Positions 1-10,004 are shown, numbered from the stretch's first letter. The stretch: 64,000 nt of DNA from an uncultured Verrucomicrobiae bacterium (GCA_963762565.1 CAVXLD010000001.1:128001-192000), one strand, 5' to 3'. Notes: generated by a model not told the origin, from the letters alone. Program-made: numbers and translations.

Positions 1-142
1 CATACGCGCTGCCCAAGCTGGAGACGCTTTGTTCGTTTAAAGCAAAGCTGCCCGCCCAGCTTGCCGGCGGGGTCCAAATCAGGAACGTAACAAAGCCAAT
101 TACAGTAGAGAACGACTTCCGCCATCCTGGTGCAGAGTTCAT
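1..142 (-). CDS. fadL: FadL-family outer-membrane long-chain fatty-acid transporter, 5' end only (runs off window)
   Basis: Hand translation from ATG at 142: MNSAPGWRKSFSTVIGFVTFLIWTPPASWA-GSFALNEQSVSSLGSAY. Signal peptide plus the FadL/OmpP1 N-terminal motif; divergent from the fad genes. Confidence 0.8.
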   Translation of the reverse strand, partial: MNSAPGWRKSFSTVIGFVTFLIWTPPASWAGSFALNEQSVSSLGSAY

Positions 143-375
143 GGGGGATACAAAAACGAAGCGTTGTGGGGGAGGAATACTACAACAGCAAAAAAGTAAG
201 AACCGTTTTTGGCCGCAGTTACAAGCCAATTCCGCTAAACCAGCAGCAAATAAGCTTGCAAAGTCGAGCTTCAGAATGAGATTGGGTTTAGCGGGACGGC
301 GGTGCTGGAAGTTAAGGCTGGAAGTTAATTTAACGAAGGTATCTGATGGCTGAATCGCTCCGTCCCGGGTCTTCC

Positions 376-2196
376 ATGAGTAGTCCGTTATCGACGACTC
401 CCACTCGCGTTTTTGACCTGCTAGTTCACCAACAGGCACATTATCCGAAGACCGATTCGCTGGCTTACAAGGTGAACGGCGTGTGGGTGAAATTTAGTAC
501 GTCCGAGGTGCTCTCCATCGTCGAGCACCTAGCCTGCGGGCTCCAGCTGGCCGGCATTAGAGCCGGGGATAAGATCGCCAACGTCACCGATAACAATCGA
601 CCGGAGTGGAACTTCATCGATCTCGCCAGTCTGACGCTCGGCGCCGTTCATGTCCCGATCTACCCCAACGCCTCACCCGACGATTATCGATTCATCCTCT
701 CTGATGCCCGCCCGAGCCTGGTTTTCGTCTCCAATCAGCGTCTGTTAGAGTTCATCCGGCCGATCGCAGCCGAGATTCCGGACATCGGACACATCTATAC
801 TTACGATGAGGTGACGGGGGCTGACTCCTGGAAGAAATTGGCTGAAGCGGGGAAAACCGCGCTGCTTGACACTGCGAACAGGGAAAAGTTAGCGGAGACA
901 CGAGCTGCCGTTAAACCAGAAGATCTGGCCACGCTCATTTACACGTCGGGTACGACCGGACAACCAAAAGGGGTTATGCTTTCGCACGCCAATCTCGTGA
1001 GCAACGCCATGGCGGCCGCGGAGATTCTACAGCCGTGCGGCCATGAGCGAGCTCTTTCGTTCCTTCCTTTGTGCCACATTTACGAGCGAACCGTGGCCAA
1101 TATGTACGCCTATGTCGGCACCTCGATCTATTACGCGGAAAACTTGGACTCTATCGGGCAAAATCTGAGGGAAGTTCAACCGGATACCTTCAGCAGCGTT
1201 CCCAGACTCCTGGAAAAGATGTACGAACGGATTCTGGCTCGGGGTGAACAACTCTCTGGATTGCAGCGGCGCATCTTTTTCTGGGCGCTTAATCTCGGGT
1301 TGAACTTTGATCCGGACGCTCATTGCCCGTGGTTCAAACGGCTGCAATTAGCAATCGCAGATTTTCTAGTGTTCCGGAAGTGGCGAGAAGCGTTCGGCGG
1401 GAGAGTCAGCGGGATAATTTCAGGGTCCGCCGCCCTCCAGCCGCGGTTAGCACGCGTGTTCTTTGCTGCTGGGATCTCCGTTTGGGAAGGCTATGGACCA
1501 ACGGAGGCGGCGCCGGTGATCGCGGTCAATCGGCCTAAAACCACCTTGCACAAGCTGGGGACAGTTGGACCAGTTATTCCGGGCGGAGAAATCAAAATTG
1601 CCGAGGACGGCGAAATTCTCTATCGCGGTCCGAACGTGATGATGGGCTACTATCAGCGCCCGGATCTTACCAAGGAAGCAATCGATTCAGAGGGCTGGCT
1701 TCACACCGGTGACGTCGGGGAGATGGATGGCCCATTGCTTAAGATCACTGATCGTAAGAAAGAGATCTTTAAGACTTCCGGCGGAAAATACATTGCTCCT
1801 CAACAGGTCGAAAATCAGCTGAAAGAATCGCGTTTCATCGCCCAGTGCATCGTTGTCGGTGAAAATCATAAGTTCCCGGCGGCATTGATCGTTCCTCAAT
1901 TTGACGCAGTGCGATCTTGGCTGACGACACAGAATGAAGAGATCGAGGATCGAACGGAGATGTCGAAACATCCGAAGGTGATTGAGTTGATTCAGAGTGA
2001 AATTGATCACTGTAATTCGCGTTTTGGCCGTTATAGCCAGATTAAGAAATTTGCTCTCGTAGCAGAGGAATGGACCATCGCCAGCGGAGAACTAACGCCA
2101 ACATTGAAACTGAAGCGCAAACAAATCTTGAAGAAGCACGCCAAGGAGATCGCCGCTTTATATGAGAAAGAGGAGTTGGCGTCCGCCACCTATTAG
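376..2196 (+). CDS. fadD: Long-chain fatty acid--CoA ligase
   Basis: AMP-binding motifs YTSGTTGQPKG, EGYGPTE, GWLHTGD. Start is 346 or 376. Confidence 0.92.
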   Translation: MSSPLSTTPTRVFDLLVHQQAHYPKTDSLAYKVNGVWVKFSTSEVLSIVEHLACGLQLAGIRAGDKIANVTDNNRPEWNFIDLASLTLGAVHVPIYPNASPDDYRFILSDARPSLVFVSNQRLLEFIRPIAAEIPDIGHIYTYDEVTGADSWKKLAEAGKTALLDTANREKLAETRAAVKPEDLATLIYTSGTTGQPKGVMLSHANLVSNAMAAAEILQPCGHERALSFLPLCHIYERTVANMYAYVGTSIYYAENLDSIGQNLREVQPDTFSSVPRLLEKMYERILARGEQLSGLQRRIFFWALNLGLNFDPDAHCPWFKRLQLAIADFLVFRKWREAFGGRVSGIISGSAALQPRLARVFFAAGISVWEGYGPTEAAPVIAVNRPKTTLHKLGTVGPVIPGGEIKIAEDGEILYRGPNVMMGYYQRPDLTKEAIDSEGWLHTGDVGEMDGPLLKITDRKKEIFKTSGGKYIAPQQVENQLKESRFIAQCIVVGENHKFPAALIVPQFDAVRSWLTTQNEEIEDRTEMSKHPKVIELIQSEIDHCNSRFGRYSQIKKFALVAEEWTIASGELTPTLKLKRKQILKKHAKEIAALYEKEELASATY

Positions 2197-2268
2197 AGAG
2201 CGTGGCGAGGAACGTGCAGGGCGACGGTTGCAAGTGCCGGGAGGACAGGACATTTGGAATACTGAATC

Positions 2269-3558
2269 ATGAAGGAACCGATTTATATCGTTGCCGGGGT
2301 CCGCACTCCGTTTGCCAAGTCAGGGACTATCCTGGCGGACACCACGGCGATGGACCTGGGTAAGACCGTAGCCAGCCTCCTGATGGCAAAGACAGGACTT
2401 GCGCCCGAGAAGATCGAGGAAGTCATCTTCGGATGTGTCGGGCAACCAGCGGAAGCACCTAATATCGCGCGAGTCATTGCCCTGCGTGCCGGTCTGCCTG
2501 AATCCGTGCCGGCCGTTACCGTCCATCGAAACTGCGCGTCGGGGTTCGAAGCCGTGACCCAAGCTGCCGAGAAAATGATCGCGGGTCGCGGTGATGTCTT
2601 CCTCGTGGGCGGCGTCGAAAGCATGTCACAGATACCGCTGCTTTATTCCTATGAAACTGCTAAAAAATTGGGCGCGTTCGCCCGTGCAAAAAATATTGCT
2701 CACAAATTTCAAGCGGCTACCCAATTTCGGTTAAGCGATCTGAAGCCGGAGGTTGCGTTACAGCTTGGTCTTTCCGATCCGGTTTGTGGCCTCAATATGG
2801 GGCAAACCGCCGAGAACGTGAGTCGTGATTTCAATATTTCGCGTGAAGAACAGGACAGCTTTGCGATGCAATCCCATCATCGCGCCATTGCGGCTCGGGC
2901 GAATCTGGATGCCGAAATCACGCCGGTGTACCTGTCCAGATCTAAGAACGGCAAAGCCTACCTGCAGCAGGACAACGGGCCACGAGAGAACCAAACGATG
3001 GAAGCTCTGGCCAAACTCAAGCCGGTGTTCGAAGCGAACACTGGTACGGTGACGGCTGGTAACTCGTCTCAAATCACGGATGGAGCAACTGCGCTTCTTT
3101 TAATGACCGAGAAAGGCTTAAAGGAGTCTGGTTTAACGCCATTAGGCCGGCTGCTCGGGTATGACTACGTGGGGCTGGATCCTGCCAGGATGGGCATGGG
3201 GCCGATCCATGCGATTCATCGGGTAGAGCAGCGAGTCGGTCTTGGGTTGAAAGACGCCTCTATCATCGAGATCAACGAGGCCTTTGCGGCCCAGGTGCTA
3301 GCCTGTCAAAAAGCGGCTGTCTCGGCGGAATGGAGCAAGAAGCATCTCGGAAGAGATTCAGCTCTGGGAGAAATCCCGGATGAGATCCTCAACGTGAACG
3401 GAGGAGCAATCGCTCTGGGTCACCCCGTTGGAGTGACCGGATCGCGTTTAGTGCTTACCGCGTTAAAGGAACTTCACCGTAGGCAGGCCGATAAGGCGTT
3501 GGTTGCTCTGTGCGTTGGGGGCGGCCAAGGAGGGGCGCTTTGGCTAACGCGAAATTGA
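2269..3558 (+). CDS. Acetyl-CoA C-acyltransferase (3-ketoacyl-CoA thiolase)
   Basis: NCASG, INEAFA, GHPVGVTG and CVGGGQG thiolase motifs. Confidence 0.95.
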   Translation: MKEPIYIVAGVRTPFAKSGTILADTTAMDLGKTVASLLMAKTGLAPEKIEEVIFGCVGQPAEAPNIARVIALRAGLPESVPAVTVHRNCASGFEAVTQAAEKMIAGRGDVFLVGGVESMSQIPLLYSYETAKKLGAFARAKNIAHKFQAATQFRLSDLKPEVALQLGLSDPVCGLNMGQTAENVSRDFNISREEQDSFAMQSHHRAIAARANLDAEITPVYLSRSKNGKAYLQQDNGPRENQTMEALAKLKPVFEANTGTVTAGNSSQITDGATALLLMTEKGLKESGLTPLGRLLGYDYVGLDPARMGMGPIHAIHRVEQRVGLGLKDASIIEINEAFAAQVLACQKAAVSAEWSKKHLGRDSALGEIPDEILNVNGGAIALGHPVGVTGSRLVLTALKELHRRQADKALVALCVGGGQGGALWLTRN

Positions 3559-3590
3559 TATTACCCTAAAGGAATAGAAGGAAACGAAAC

Positions 3591-5723
3591 GTGGATCGAA
3601 CCATTACTTGTGAAGTTCGCGGGCCCGGGATCGCCTTTTTAACTTTCGATCGCCCTGGCTCGGCGGCCAATATTTTCGATCAGGCGACCTTTGAACAGCT
3701 GAATGCGTTGTTGGATCAAGTAGAGAACGACTCGTCCGTACGCGGTCTGGTCATCGTTAGTGCAAAGCCAAAGATCTTCATCGCAGGAGCCGATCTCACC
3801 GGATTCTCTAAGGACCCGAGCGGAGAGAACCTGGCAAAGATCGTCGATCAAGGGCAACTCACCTTTGATCGCATCGCTAATTTGAAGTTCCCGACGGTCG
3901 CAGCGATCCACGGGGTCGCGCTTGGCGGTGGGCTTGAGATTGCGTTGGCCTGCGACTATCGAATTGCCTCACTCGATTCAGCAACCAAGGTAGGGCTGCC
4001 GGAGACAAGTCTCGGTATCATCCCCGCGTGGGGAGGTTGCACGCGCCTTCCCCGATTAGTGGGGTTACCGACCGCTCTCGAGGTGATCCTGTCCGCGAGA
4101 CAATATCCCACCCGACAAGCCCAGAAACTCGGCTTGATCGACGATTCCACTTATCGCGAACGATTGGACGGCCTGGCCACAAAAATGATTGTTGATGGCC
4201 GCGGACGAAAGCGGGAGACCAAGACTCATTTTTCCAATATCTCACTACTCCCAGCGATCATTGCTGACCGAGTAAAAAAGAAGACGATCGAAAAGACGCG
4301 CGGACACTACCCTGCTCCTTTGAAAGCCCTCGAAGTTGTGGTCAACGGGCTGAAGAGCACAACTGCGGTCTCCTTCGAGAACGAAAAGAATGCTTTCATC
4401 GAACTGACAAAAGGTGAGGTCGCCCAAAACTTGATTCGAATCTTCTTTCTGCAGGAACGCTCCAAGAAATTGACGATTGGGGATCTTAAACCGGAAGTTA
4501 AACCCAAGCGGGTTCTCGTGGTGGGAGCTGGGCTGATGGGCTCGGGAATCGCGCAATGGCTGAGCGCGCGCGGGCTCAATGTGGTTCTAAAGGATGTCGG
4601 ACCGGACCCCCTGGCTAAAGGTCTGCAGTCCATCGAGCGAGTTTATCGTGACGCCGTCAAACGGAAGATTCTAAGTGAGGTCGATGCCCGCGCCGGGTTT
4701 GATCGAATTTTGCCGATCTACGAGGATGTGCCGTTAACGAACGTCGATCTCGCCATAGAAGCGGCTGTCGAAAAACTCGACCTAAAGAAACAGATTTTTT
4801 CGGAGCTCGAGCCGAAAATTCCAAACACTCTGCTGATTGCATCAAACACGTCCGGACTTTCGATTGACACGATTTCGGAGGGACTGACTCATCCCGAGAA
4901 AGTCGTCGGGGTTCACTTTTTCAATCCGGTCCATCGCATGCAATTGGTTGAGGTCGTGCGCGGCTCGCGGACCAGCGAAACCGTGCTGGCGATGGCGATT
5001 CAGTTCGTTAAATCAATCGGTAAGTTACCGGTGCTAGTGAAGGATAGCCCGGGCTTTTTAGTGAATCGGATCTTGCTGCCGTACTTGGTGGAGGCCATTA
5101 GAATTTTTTCTGAAGGGCACAGCGTCGAAGCGATCGACCGGGCAATACTGGATTTCGGAATGCCGATGGGCCCGCTGCGCCTCAACGATGAGGTCGGGCT
5201 AGATGTTTCGCTGCATGTCGGAAGTGATTTGGCTGCGCGAGTATCGCATCTGCCACCCCTCAATAATGTGTTACCTCGAATGATTCAGAAGGGCTGGTTA
5301 GGGAAAAAGTCCGGAACCGGCTTTTACATTTATCGAGATCAGTCAGAGACACCCAACCCAGGGCTCAAGGAGTTGCAGCCATCCATCGAACCAACCAATG
5401 CCAATCAACTGACGGACCGATTGATTTTTATTATGGTCAATGAAGCCGCCAGAGTATTGGAAGAAAAGGTGGTAACCGATCCGGCAGATGTGGATTTCGG
5501 AATGATCATGGGCACCGGTTGGGCGCCGTTCCGCGGCGGCCCATTAAAGTACGCAGACACCGTCGGAATCTCCACTGTGGTCAGCCGGTTAACCCATTTG
5601 GCCGGAAAGTTTGGAGAACATTTTAAACCGTGTGCGCTGCTCAACGACATGGTTAATCACGGAGGCACGTTTTTCGGGCCGGTAGGATCCAACGCTGAAG
5701 TAAGTCGGGCGACTGGCTCCTAA
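3591..5723 (+). CDS. Fatty-acid oxidation complex alpha subunit (enoyl-CoA hydratase / 3-hydroxyacyl-CoA dehydrogenase, FadJ/FadB-like)
   Basis: Crotonase domain (FIAGAD, ALGGGLE) followed by GAGLMGSG, SNTS, HFFNPV, PGFLVNR. Confidence 0.93.
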   Translation: MDRTITCEVRGPGIAFLTFDRPGSAANIFDQATFEQLNALLDQVENDSSVRGLVIVSAKPKIFIAGADLTGFSKDPSGENLAKIVDQGQLTFDRIANLKFPTVAAIHGVALGGGLEIALACDYRIASLDSATKVGLPETSLGIIPAWGGCTRLPRLVGLPTALEVILSARQYPTRQAQKLGLIDDSTYRERLDGLATKMIVDGRGRKRETKTHFSNISLLPAIIADRVKKKTIEKTRGHYPAPLKALEVVVNGLKSTTAVSFENEKNAFIELTKGEVAQNLIRIFFLQERSKKLTIGDLKPEVKPKRVLVVGAGLMGSGIAQWLSARGLNVVLKDVGPDPLAKGLQSIERVYRDAVKRKILSEVDARAGFDRILPIYEDVPLTNVDLAIEAAVEKLDLKKQIFSELEPKIPNTLLIASNTSGLSIDTISEGLTHPEKVVGVHFFNPVHRMQLVEVVRGSRTSETVLAMAIQFVKSIGKLPVLVKDSPGFLVNRILLPYLVEAIRIFSEGHSVEAIDRAILDFGMPMGPLRLNDEVGLDVSLHVGSDLAARVSHLPPLNNVLPRMIQKGWLGKKSGTGFYIYRDQSETPNPGLKELQPSIEPTNANQLTDRLIFIMVNEAARVLEEKVVTDPADVDFGMIMGTGWAPFRGGPLKYADTVGISTVVSRLTHLAGKFGEHFKPCALLNDMVNHGGTFFGPVGSNAEVSRATGS

Positions 5724-5814
5724 CCATGAAATGGTTGCAGAGCGCTCGGAAACTGACGACAACCGGCCCCGGTTTGAAAAGTGGGCGACCTCTCGGTGAG
5801 CGGTCTGCAAATCG

Positions 5815-5936
5815 GGGAGGGCGCGCGTCCCCGCGCGCCGCGAGGACGTGGCACAACCTAAAGGTGTATGTTGGCCCCCGATTACAACACATGCTCGGCT
5901 TCGGCGACAACGGATCGCGGGGACGCGATCCCTCCC
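5815..5936. repeat. REP-like inverted pair, family A (GGGAGGG-hairpin arms)
   Basis: GGGAGGGCGCGCGTCCCCGCGCGCCGCGA at 5815-5843 and GGATCGCGGGGACGCGATCCCTCCC at 5912-5936. The same arms recur at 27560-27677, 31711-31889, 45881-45905 and 48914-49097. Confidence 0.85.
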
Positions 5937-5952
5937 GGTCGCTCGGTTTCGC

Positions 5953-7857
5953 ATGCAAAGTGATAAACTAGCGTTTGACCGCAGTTATCCGCCGATCGAA
6001 CGGGCGTTCGCTGGGTTCGATCCGGCAGATCTACAAGCCTATCTCGACGGAGAGTTCGTGGAGACACGAAACTTCGTGAAGAGCATCATTACCCGGCCAG
6101 AGTTTCGTTATTTCGAGGGCACTGATCTGCATGCCTATAGAAAACAGGTGCTCGACTGGTTGCGCGCGATTTCAGATGCCGGCCTGGGGCGCTTGTTTTT
6201 GCCTCCGGAGCTCGGCGGCGAGGCCAACTTAAGGAAATTGATAGCGGTCGTGGAGACCCTCAGTTTCCATGATGGGAGCCTCCTGATCAAACTCGGTGTG
6301 CAATTCGGGCTCTTCGGAGGGAGCATTCACCAGCTGGGGACGGAATATCATCATCGGGCATATTTGCCTAAAGCAGCCGCCTGCGAGTTATTCGGAGGCT
6401 TTGCCATGACCGAGATCGGTCATGGCTCAAACGTCCAAGCTTTGGAGACAACCGCTCTGTATGATGCTGAACACCGGGAATTCATCATCAACAGTCCATC
6501 GTACAGTTCGGGGAAGACTTTTATCGGCAATGCTGCTGTCGACGGACGGTTCATGGTTGTGTTCGCGCAGTTGCATATTGGAGCCACAATCCATGGGGTC
6601 CACGCCTTCGTAGTTCCAATCCGGGATGCAAGCGGCCAGGCTCTTCCCGGGATTGCGATCGAAGACAACGGGCTCAAGCTCGGTCTTAACGGGGTAGATA
6701 ACGGTCGCATCTGGTTTCAGAACGTGCGGGTGCCTAAGACAGAACTATTGAATCGGTTTGCAGAGGTAACCGACGACGGCCAATACCGGAGCCAGATCAA
6801 GAGCAATAATCGCCGTTTCTTCACGATGATCGGCACGTTAGTGAACGGTCGCATCACCATGGCTTTAGCCGCGAACAGTATGGCGAAATCAGCGCTTACT
6901 ATCGCGATCCGTTACGCAGCGCGTCGACGGCAATTTGGAGAAGCCGTCCAGGAAACGCTGGTGCTGGATTACCCGGCAACCCAACGGAGGCTCATGCCCT
7001 TGCTGGCCAATGTTTACGCCTTTGACTTTGCGGTGAAACGCCTTGCTCAGGTCCGCGAAACCTCGCCATCGACCAGTGCACGCCCAATCGAAACTTTAGC
7101 CGCTGGCATCAAGGCTTTCTCTACGTGGAACGCAATCCGCACTATCCAGATCTGCCGGGAAAGCTGCGGCGGCGAAGGTTATCTGTTTGTGAACCGGTTC
7201 GCGGCCCTGAAAGCTGATGCCGATATTTTCACCACCTTCGAGGGCGACAACACTGTCCTGATGCAGCTAGTCGCCAAGAACCTCCTTGGGGAGCTACAGG
7301 ACCAGCTTAAAGAGATGAAGCCTGGCCGGATTGCCCGTTTTTTTCTGGATCAGCGATTAAGAGTGCTAAAAGGGAAATTTGCCAGCCTGGCGACCGACAG
7401 CGCCTCCGAGCTGACTCCCGAGCACCAGCTAAGTCACTTCCGGTTTCGCGAATCAACCCTGCTGCTCCGGTGCGGCGAAGCGTTTCGGCGGTTGGTTCGC
7501 CATAAGGCGATAGATGCATACTCCGCTTTTAGTCAGCTACAGCCGGAATTACTGGAGCTAGCAGAGGCTTACGCCGAACGCCAGGTGCTGGAAAGCTTTC
7601 TTCAAGGCATCACGGACATATCCAACCAAACGTTACAGCGGCCATTGCGCAAGCTGGCTGACCTTTTCGCTCTTTACCATCTGGAGAAACACAAAGGTTG
7701 GTTCTTGGAGAACGGTTTCATGTCGGCAAAAAAATCGAAGGCGATCACAAAACAGATCACTGGTTTGTGCGCCCAGGTTCGGCTTGATGCGGTCGGACTA
7801 GTAGATGCCTTCGGTATCCCCGACCAGTGCCTCAGCGCCCCGATTGCGTTGGGGTAG
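5953..7857 (+). CDS. Acyl-CoA oxidase-like flavoprotein (ACOX / acyl-CoA dehydrogenase family)
   Basis: FAMTEIGHGSNV, GLNGVDNG, CRESCGGEGY, TFEGDNTVL. Start moved to ATG 5953, after the repeat. Confidence 0.85.
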   Translation: MQSDKLAFDRSYPPIERAFAGFDPADLQAYLDGEFVETRNFVKSIITRPEFRYFEGTDLHAYRKQVLDWLRAISDAGLGRLFLPPELGGEANLRKLIAVVETLSFHDGSLLIKLGVQFGLFGGSIHQLGTEYHHRAYLPKAAACELFGGFAMTEIGHGSNVQALETTALYDAEHREFIINSPSYSSGKTFIGNAAVDGRFMVVFAQLHIGATIHGVHAFVVPIRDASGQALPGIAIEDNGLKLGLNGVDNGRIWFQNVRVPKTELLNRFAEVTDDGQYRSQIKSNNRRFFTMIGTLVNGRITMALAANSMAKSALTIAIRYAARRRQFGEAVQETLVLDYPATQRRLMPLLANVYAFDFAVKRLAQVRETSPSTSARPIETLAAGIKAFSTWNAIRTIQICRESCGGEGYLFVNRFAALKADADIFTTFEGDNTVLMQLVAKNLLGELQDQLKEMKPGRIARFFLDQRLRVLKGKFASLATDSASELTPEHQLSHFRFRESTLLLRCGEAFRRLVRHKAIDAYSAFSQLQPELLELAEAYAERQVLESFLQGITDISNQTLQRPLRKLADLFALYHLEKHKGWFLENGFMSAKKSKAITKQITGLCAQVRLDAVGLVDAFGIPDQCLSAPIALG

Positions 7858-7863
7858 TTTAGA

Positions 7864-8142
7864 AAGGAGCTAGGAGCCAGAATCTAGGAGCTAGGGGGTG
7901 TGTCGTAGCTCCAAGATAGTCGTTCTCGTCGTCGTCCTCGTCCTCGTTCTCGATGAGGCGCGCGCTAGCATCACCGATGTGACAAACAGAGGCGTGTTCG
8001 CGAAGATCAAAGTCGTCGGTGATTCGAAAATGCCCGGAGAAAACAAACGTCTCGAGGACGAGGACGACGACGAGCACGAGAACGACTTCGGCGGAGCCAC
8101 TACACGCCCTCCTAGCTCGTGGATTCTAGCTCCAAACTCCTT
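7864..8142. repeat. Nested inverted short-tandem-repeat element (GGAGCTA heptamer outer arms, GTCCTC hexamer inner arms)
   Basis: aggagctaggagccagaatctaggagct ... cctagctcgtggattctagctcc enclosing cgttctcgtcgtcgtcctcgtcctcg ... cgaggacgaggacgacgacgagcacgagaacg. Confidence 0.85.
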
Positions 8143-8150
8143 GCTCTTGT

Positions 8151-8834
8151 TCACGCGCCCTGGGCCTGGTAGACCCCCTTAAGGTCGACCGAGAGACTCG
8201 GGTCAGCCAAGACCCGGGGATCGATCTTCAGGCTATCCGCTATAATGTGCCGGAGCCGCTCGAGATGGACGTTCTTCCGATCCAACTGATTTTGGCTGGC
8301 CCACCGGGCGGCGGCAACGATCAAGCTGGACACTTGCTCGGCCGTTAACTTCTCGGTGTTGATGATGATATCGAAATCGCTCCGATCGTTACTGTCGATC
8401 CCGTAGAGGCGAAGGTACCGTTTCCGGTTCTGTTCGTCTCTCTGCAACGTACGGTAGAGCACGGACTCGTAGGTCAGACCTTTATCGACCTCCCGGCGGA
8501 AAATCCGCTTGGCTCGTTCCTCCAGTGAAGCCTGTAACCAAACCCGGAGATCGGCATTCACCAGCCAGGCGGCCAGGCGTGAACCCACGACTACCTTCGG
8601 CTGAAGTGAGAGCCGGATTTGATTCAAGTCGGTCAGGTAGTCGAAAGTTCGGTTCTGCTGCGATTGTTCATGAATTTCTTCAAAGCTGACTCCGATATCG
8701 GCCGCCAAATCCCGAAAGGTGTAATTCACGACCTTGAGCCCCAAGGTCCGGCCGACATTCATTGTGGCCGTGGTGTTACCGCAACCGCTTAAACTGGAGA
8801 TCGCAATCCTTAATGACTTTGAATCCGGGTGCAC
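8151..8834 (-). CDS. Cytidylate kinase-like family protein (type 2)
   Basis: P-loop-like SSLSGCGNTT, VVGSRLAAW, ASLEERAKRI, RYLRLYGID. Confidence 0.75.
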   Translation of the reverse strand: MHPDSKSLRIAISSLSGCGNTTATMNVGRTLGLKVVNYTFRDLAADIGVSFEEIHEQSQQNRTFDYLTDLNQIRLSLQPKVVVGSRLAAWLVNADLRVWLQASLEERAKRIFRREVDKGLTYESVLYRTLQRDEQNRKRYLRLYGIDSNDRSDFDIIINTEKLTAEQVSSLIVAAARWASQNQLDRKNVHLERLRHIIADSLKIDPRVLADPSLSVDLKGVYQAQGA

Positions 8835-8838
8835 GCCG

Positions 8839-9768
8839 TTAAACTTTCCTGTTTTTGAGAAACCATTCGTACGTCGACTCGATCCCTTTACGCAGAGGGA
8901 TCTTTGCCTGCCAGCCCAGCTTGCTGAGCTTGCTCACATCTAGAAGCTTCTGCGGCGTTCCATCCGGCTTGGTGCTGTCAAATTCCAGCGTCCCGGTAAA
9001 GCCGACGACGTCGCAAACCAACTCCGCCAACTCTCGAATCGTCACATCCCGGCCGCAGCCAACGTTAACGATCTCGGGGGAGTCATAGTGCTCGATCAGA
9101 AACGCAACCGCATCCGCTAAATCGTCGGTGTGCAAAAATTCGCGCCTCGGATTACCTGTGCCCCAAACGACGATGCTTGCGTTGCCGGAGACTTTGGCTT
9201 CGTGCGCCTTTCTTAGCAAGGCTGCCAGGACATGTGAGTTCTGCAGGTCGAAGTTGTCGTCCGGACCATAGATGTTTGTCGGCATCAGGGAAACAAAGTT
9301 CGCCCCGTATTGGCGAGCGTAAGCCTGACAAAGTTTGATCCCGGTTATCTTCGCCAATGCATAGGGTTCGTTGGTGGCCTCAAGCGGACCCGTCAATAGG
9401 GCATCTTCAGATATGGGTTGAGGCGCGAGCCGCGGATAAATGCACGAGCTTCCCAAGAAGAGCAGCTTCTTCACACCGGCCAGAAAGCTCGCAGCAATGA
9501 CGCTGTTTTGGATTTCCAGGTTTTCTAATAGGAACTCAACGGGAGACTGGTAGTTCGCCTGAATCCCACCCACTTTGGCCGCCGCCACGACGACTACTTG
9601 GGGCTTGGCAGCCTTGAGGAATTCTTCGACTGCTCCCCGCTCCCGCAGATCAAGTTCCTGTCTGGTTCTTGTGAACAGCTCGATCCCGGGTTTCTGCGCG
9701 AGATTGCGAACGATCGCGCTCCCTACTAAACCTCGATGGCCAGCGACAAAAACGGAGCGGAATCGCAT
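8839..9768 (-). CDS. fcl: GDP-L-fucose synthase
   Basis: AGHRGLVGSA, AAAKVGGI, GSSCIYP, YALAK, SHVL, PDGTP. Confidence 0.95.
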   Translation of the reverse strand: MRFRSVFVAGHRGLVGSAIVRNLAQKPGIELFTRTRQELDLRERGAVEEFLKAAKPQVVVVAAAKVGGIQANYQSPVEFLLENLEIQNSVIAASFLAGVKKLLFLGSSCIYPRLAPQPISEDALLTGPLEATNEPYALAKITGIKLCQAYARQYGANFVSLMPTNIYGPDDNFDLQNSHVLAALLRKAHEAKVSGNASIVVWGTGNPRREFLHTDDLADAVAFLIEHYDSPEIVNVGCGRDVTIRELAELVCDVVGFTGTLEFDSTKPDGTPQKLLDVSKLSKLGWQAKIPLRKGIESTYEWFLKNRKV

Positions 9769-9812
9769 GAGGCAGCTTAGCTAACGCGTTTTTTTGGACT
9801 GGTCAACGGCAG

Positions 9813-10004
9813 AGGAGCTAGGAGCTAGAATCTAGGAGCTAGGAGGGTACGGACAAAAGTGGACGGAGTGGACTGAGTAGACGCAGTGGACAGAGTGGAA
9901 CCGGCCACCGGCCGATGCGCCTGATTGCGTCCACTAAGTCCACACTGTCCCCGCCGATACGCCGACACGCCCTCCTAGCTCCTGGATTCTAGCTCCTGGC
10001 TCCC
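9813..10004. repeat. Nested inverted STR element (GGAGCTA heptamer arms; GTGGACnnA nonamer inner arms)
   Basis: Same outer arms as 7864-8142 and 18471-18714; inner gtggacggagtggactgagtagac / gtccactaagtccac. Confidence 0.85.

Noticed and set aside
7859..8182. Small ORFs with VLVLV / EDEDD runs
   Set aside because: Artefacts of the hexamer inverted repeats.
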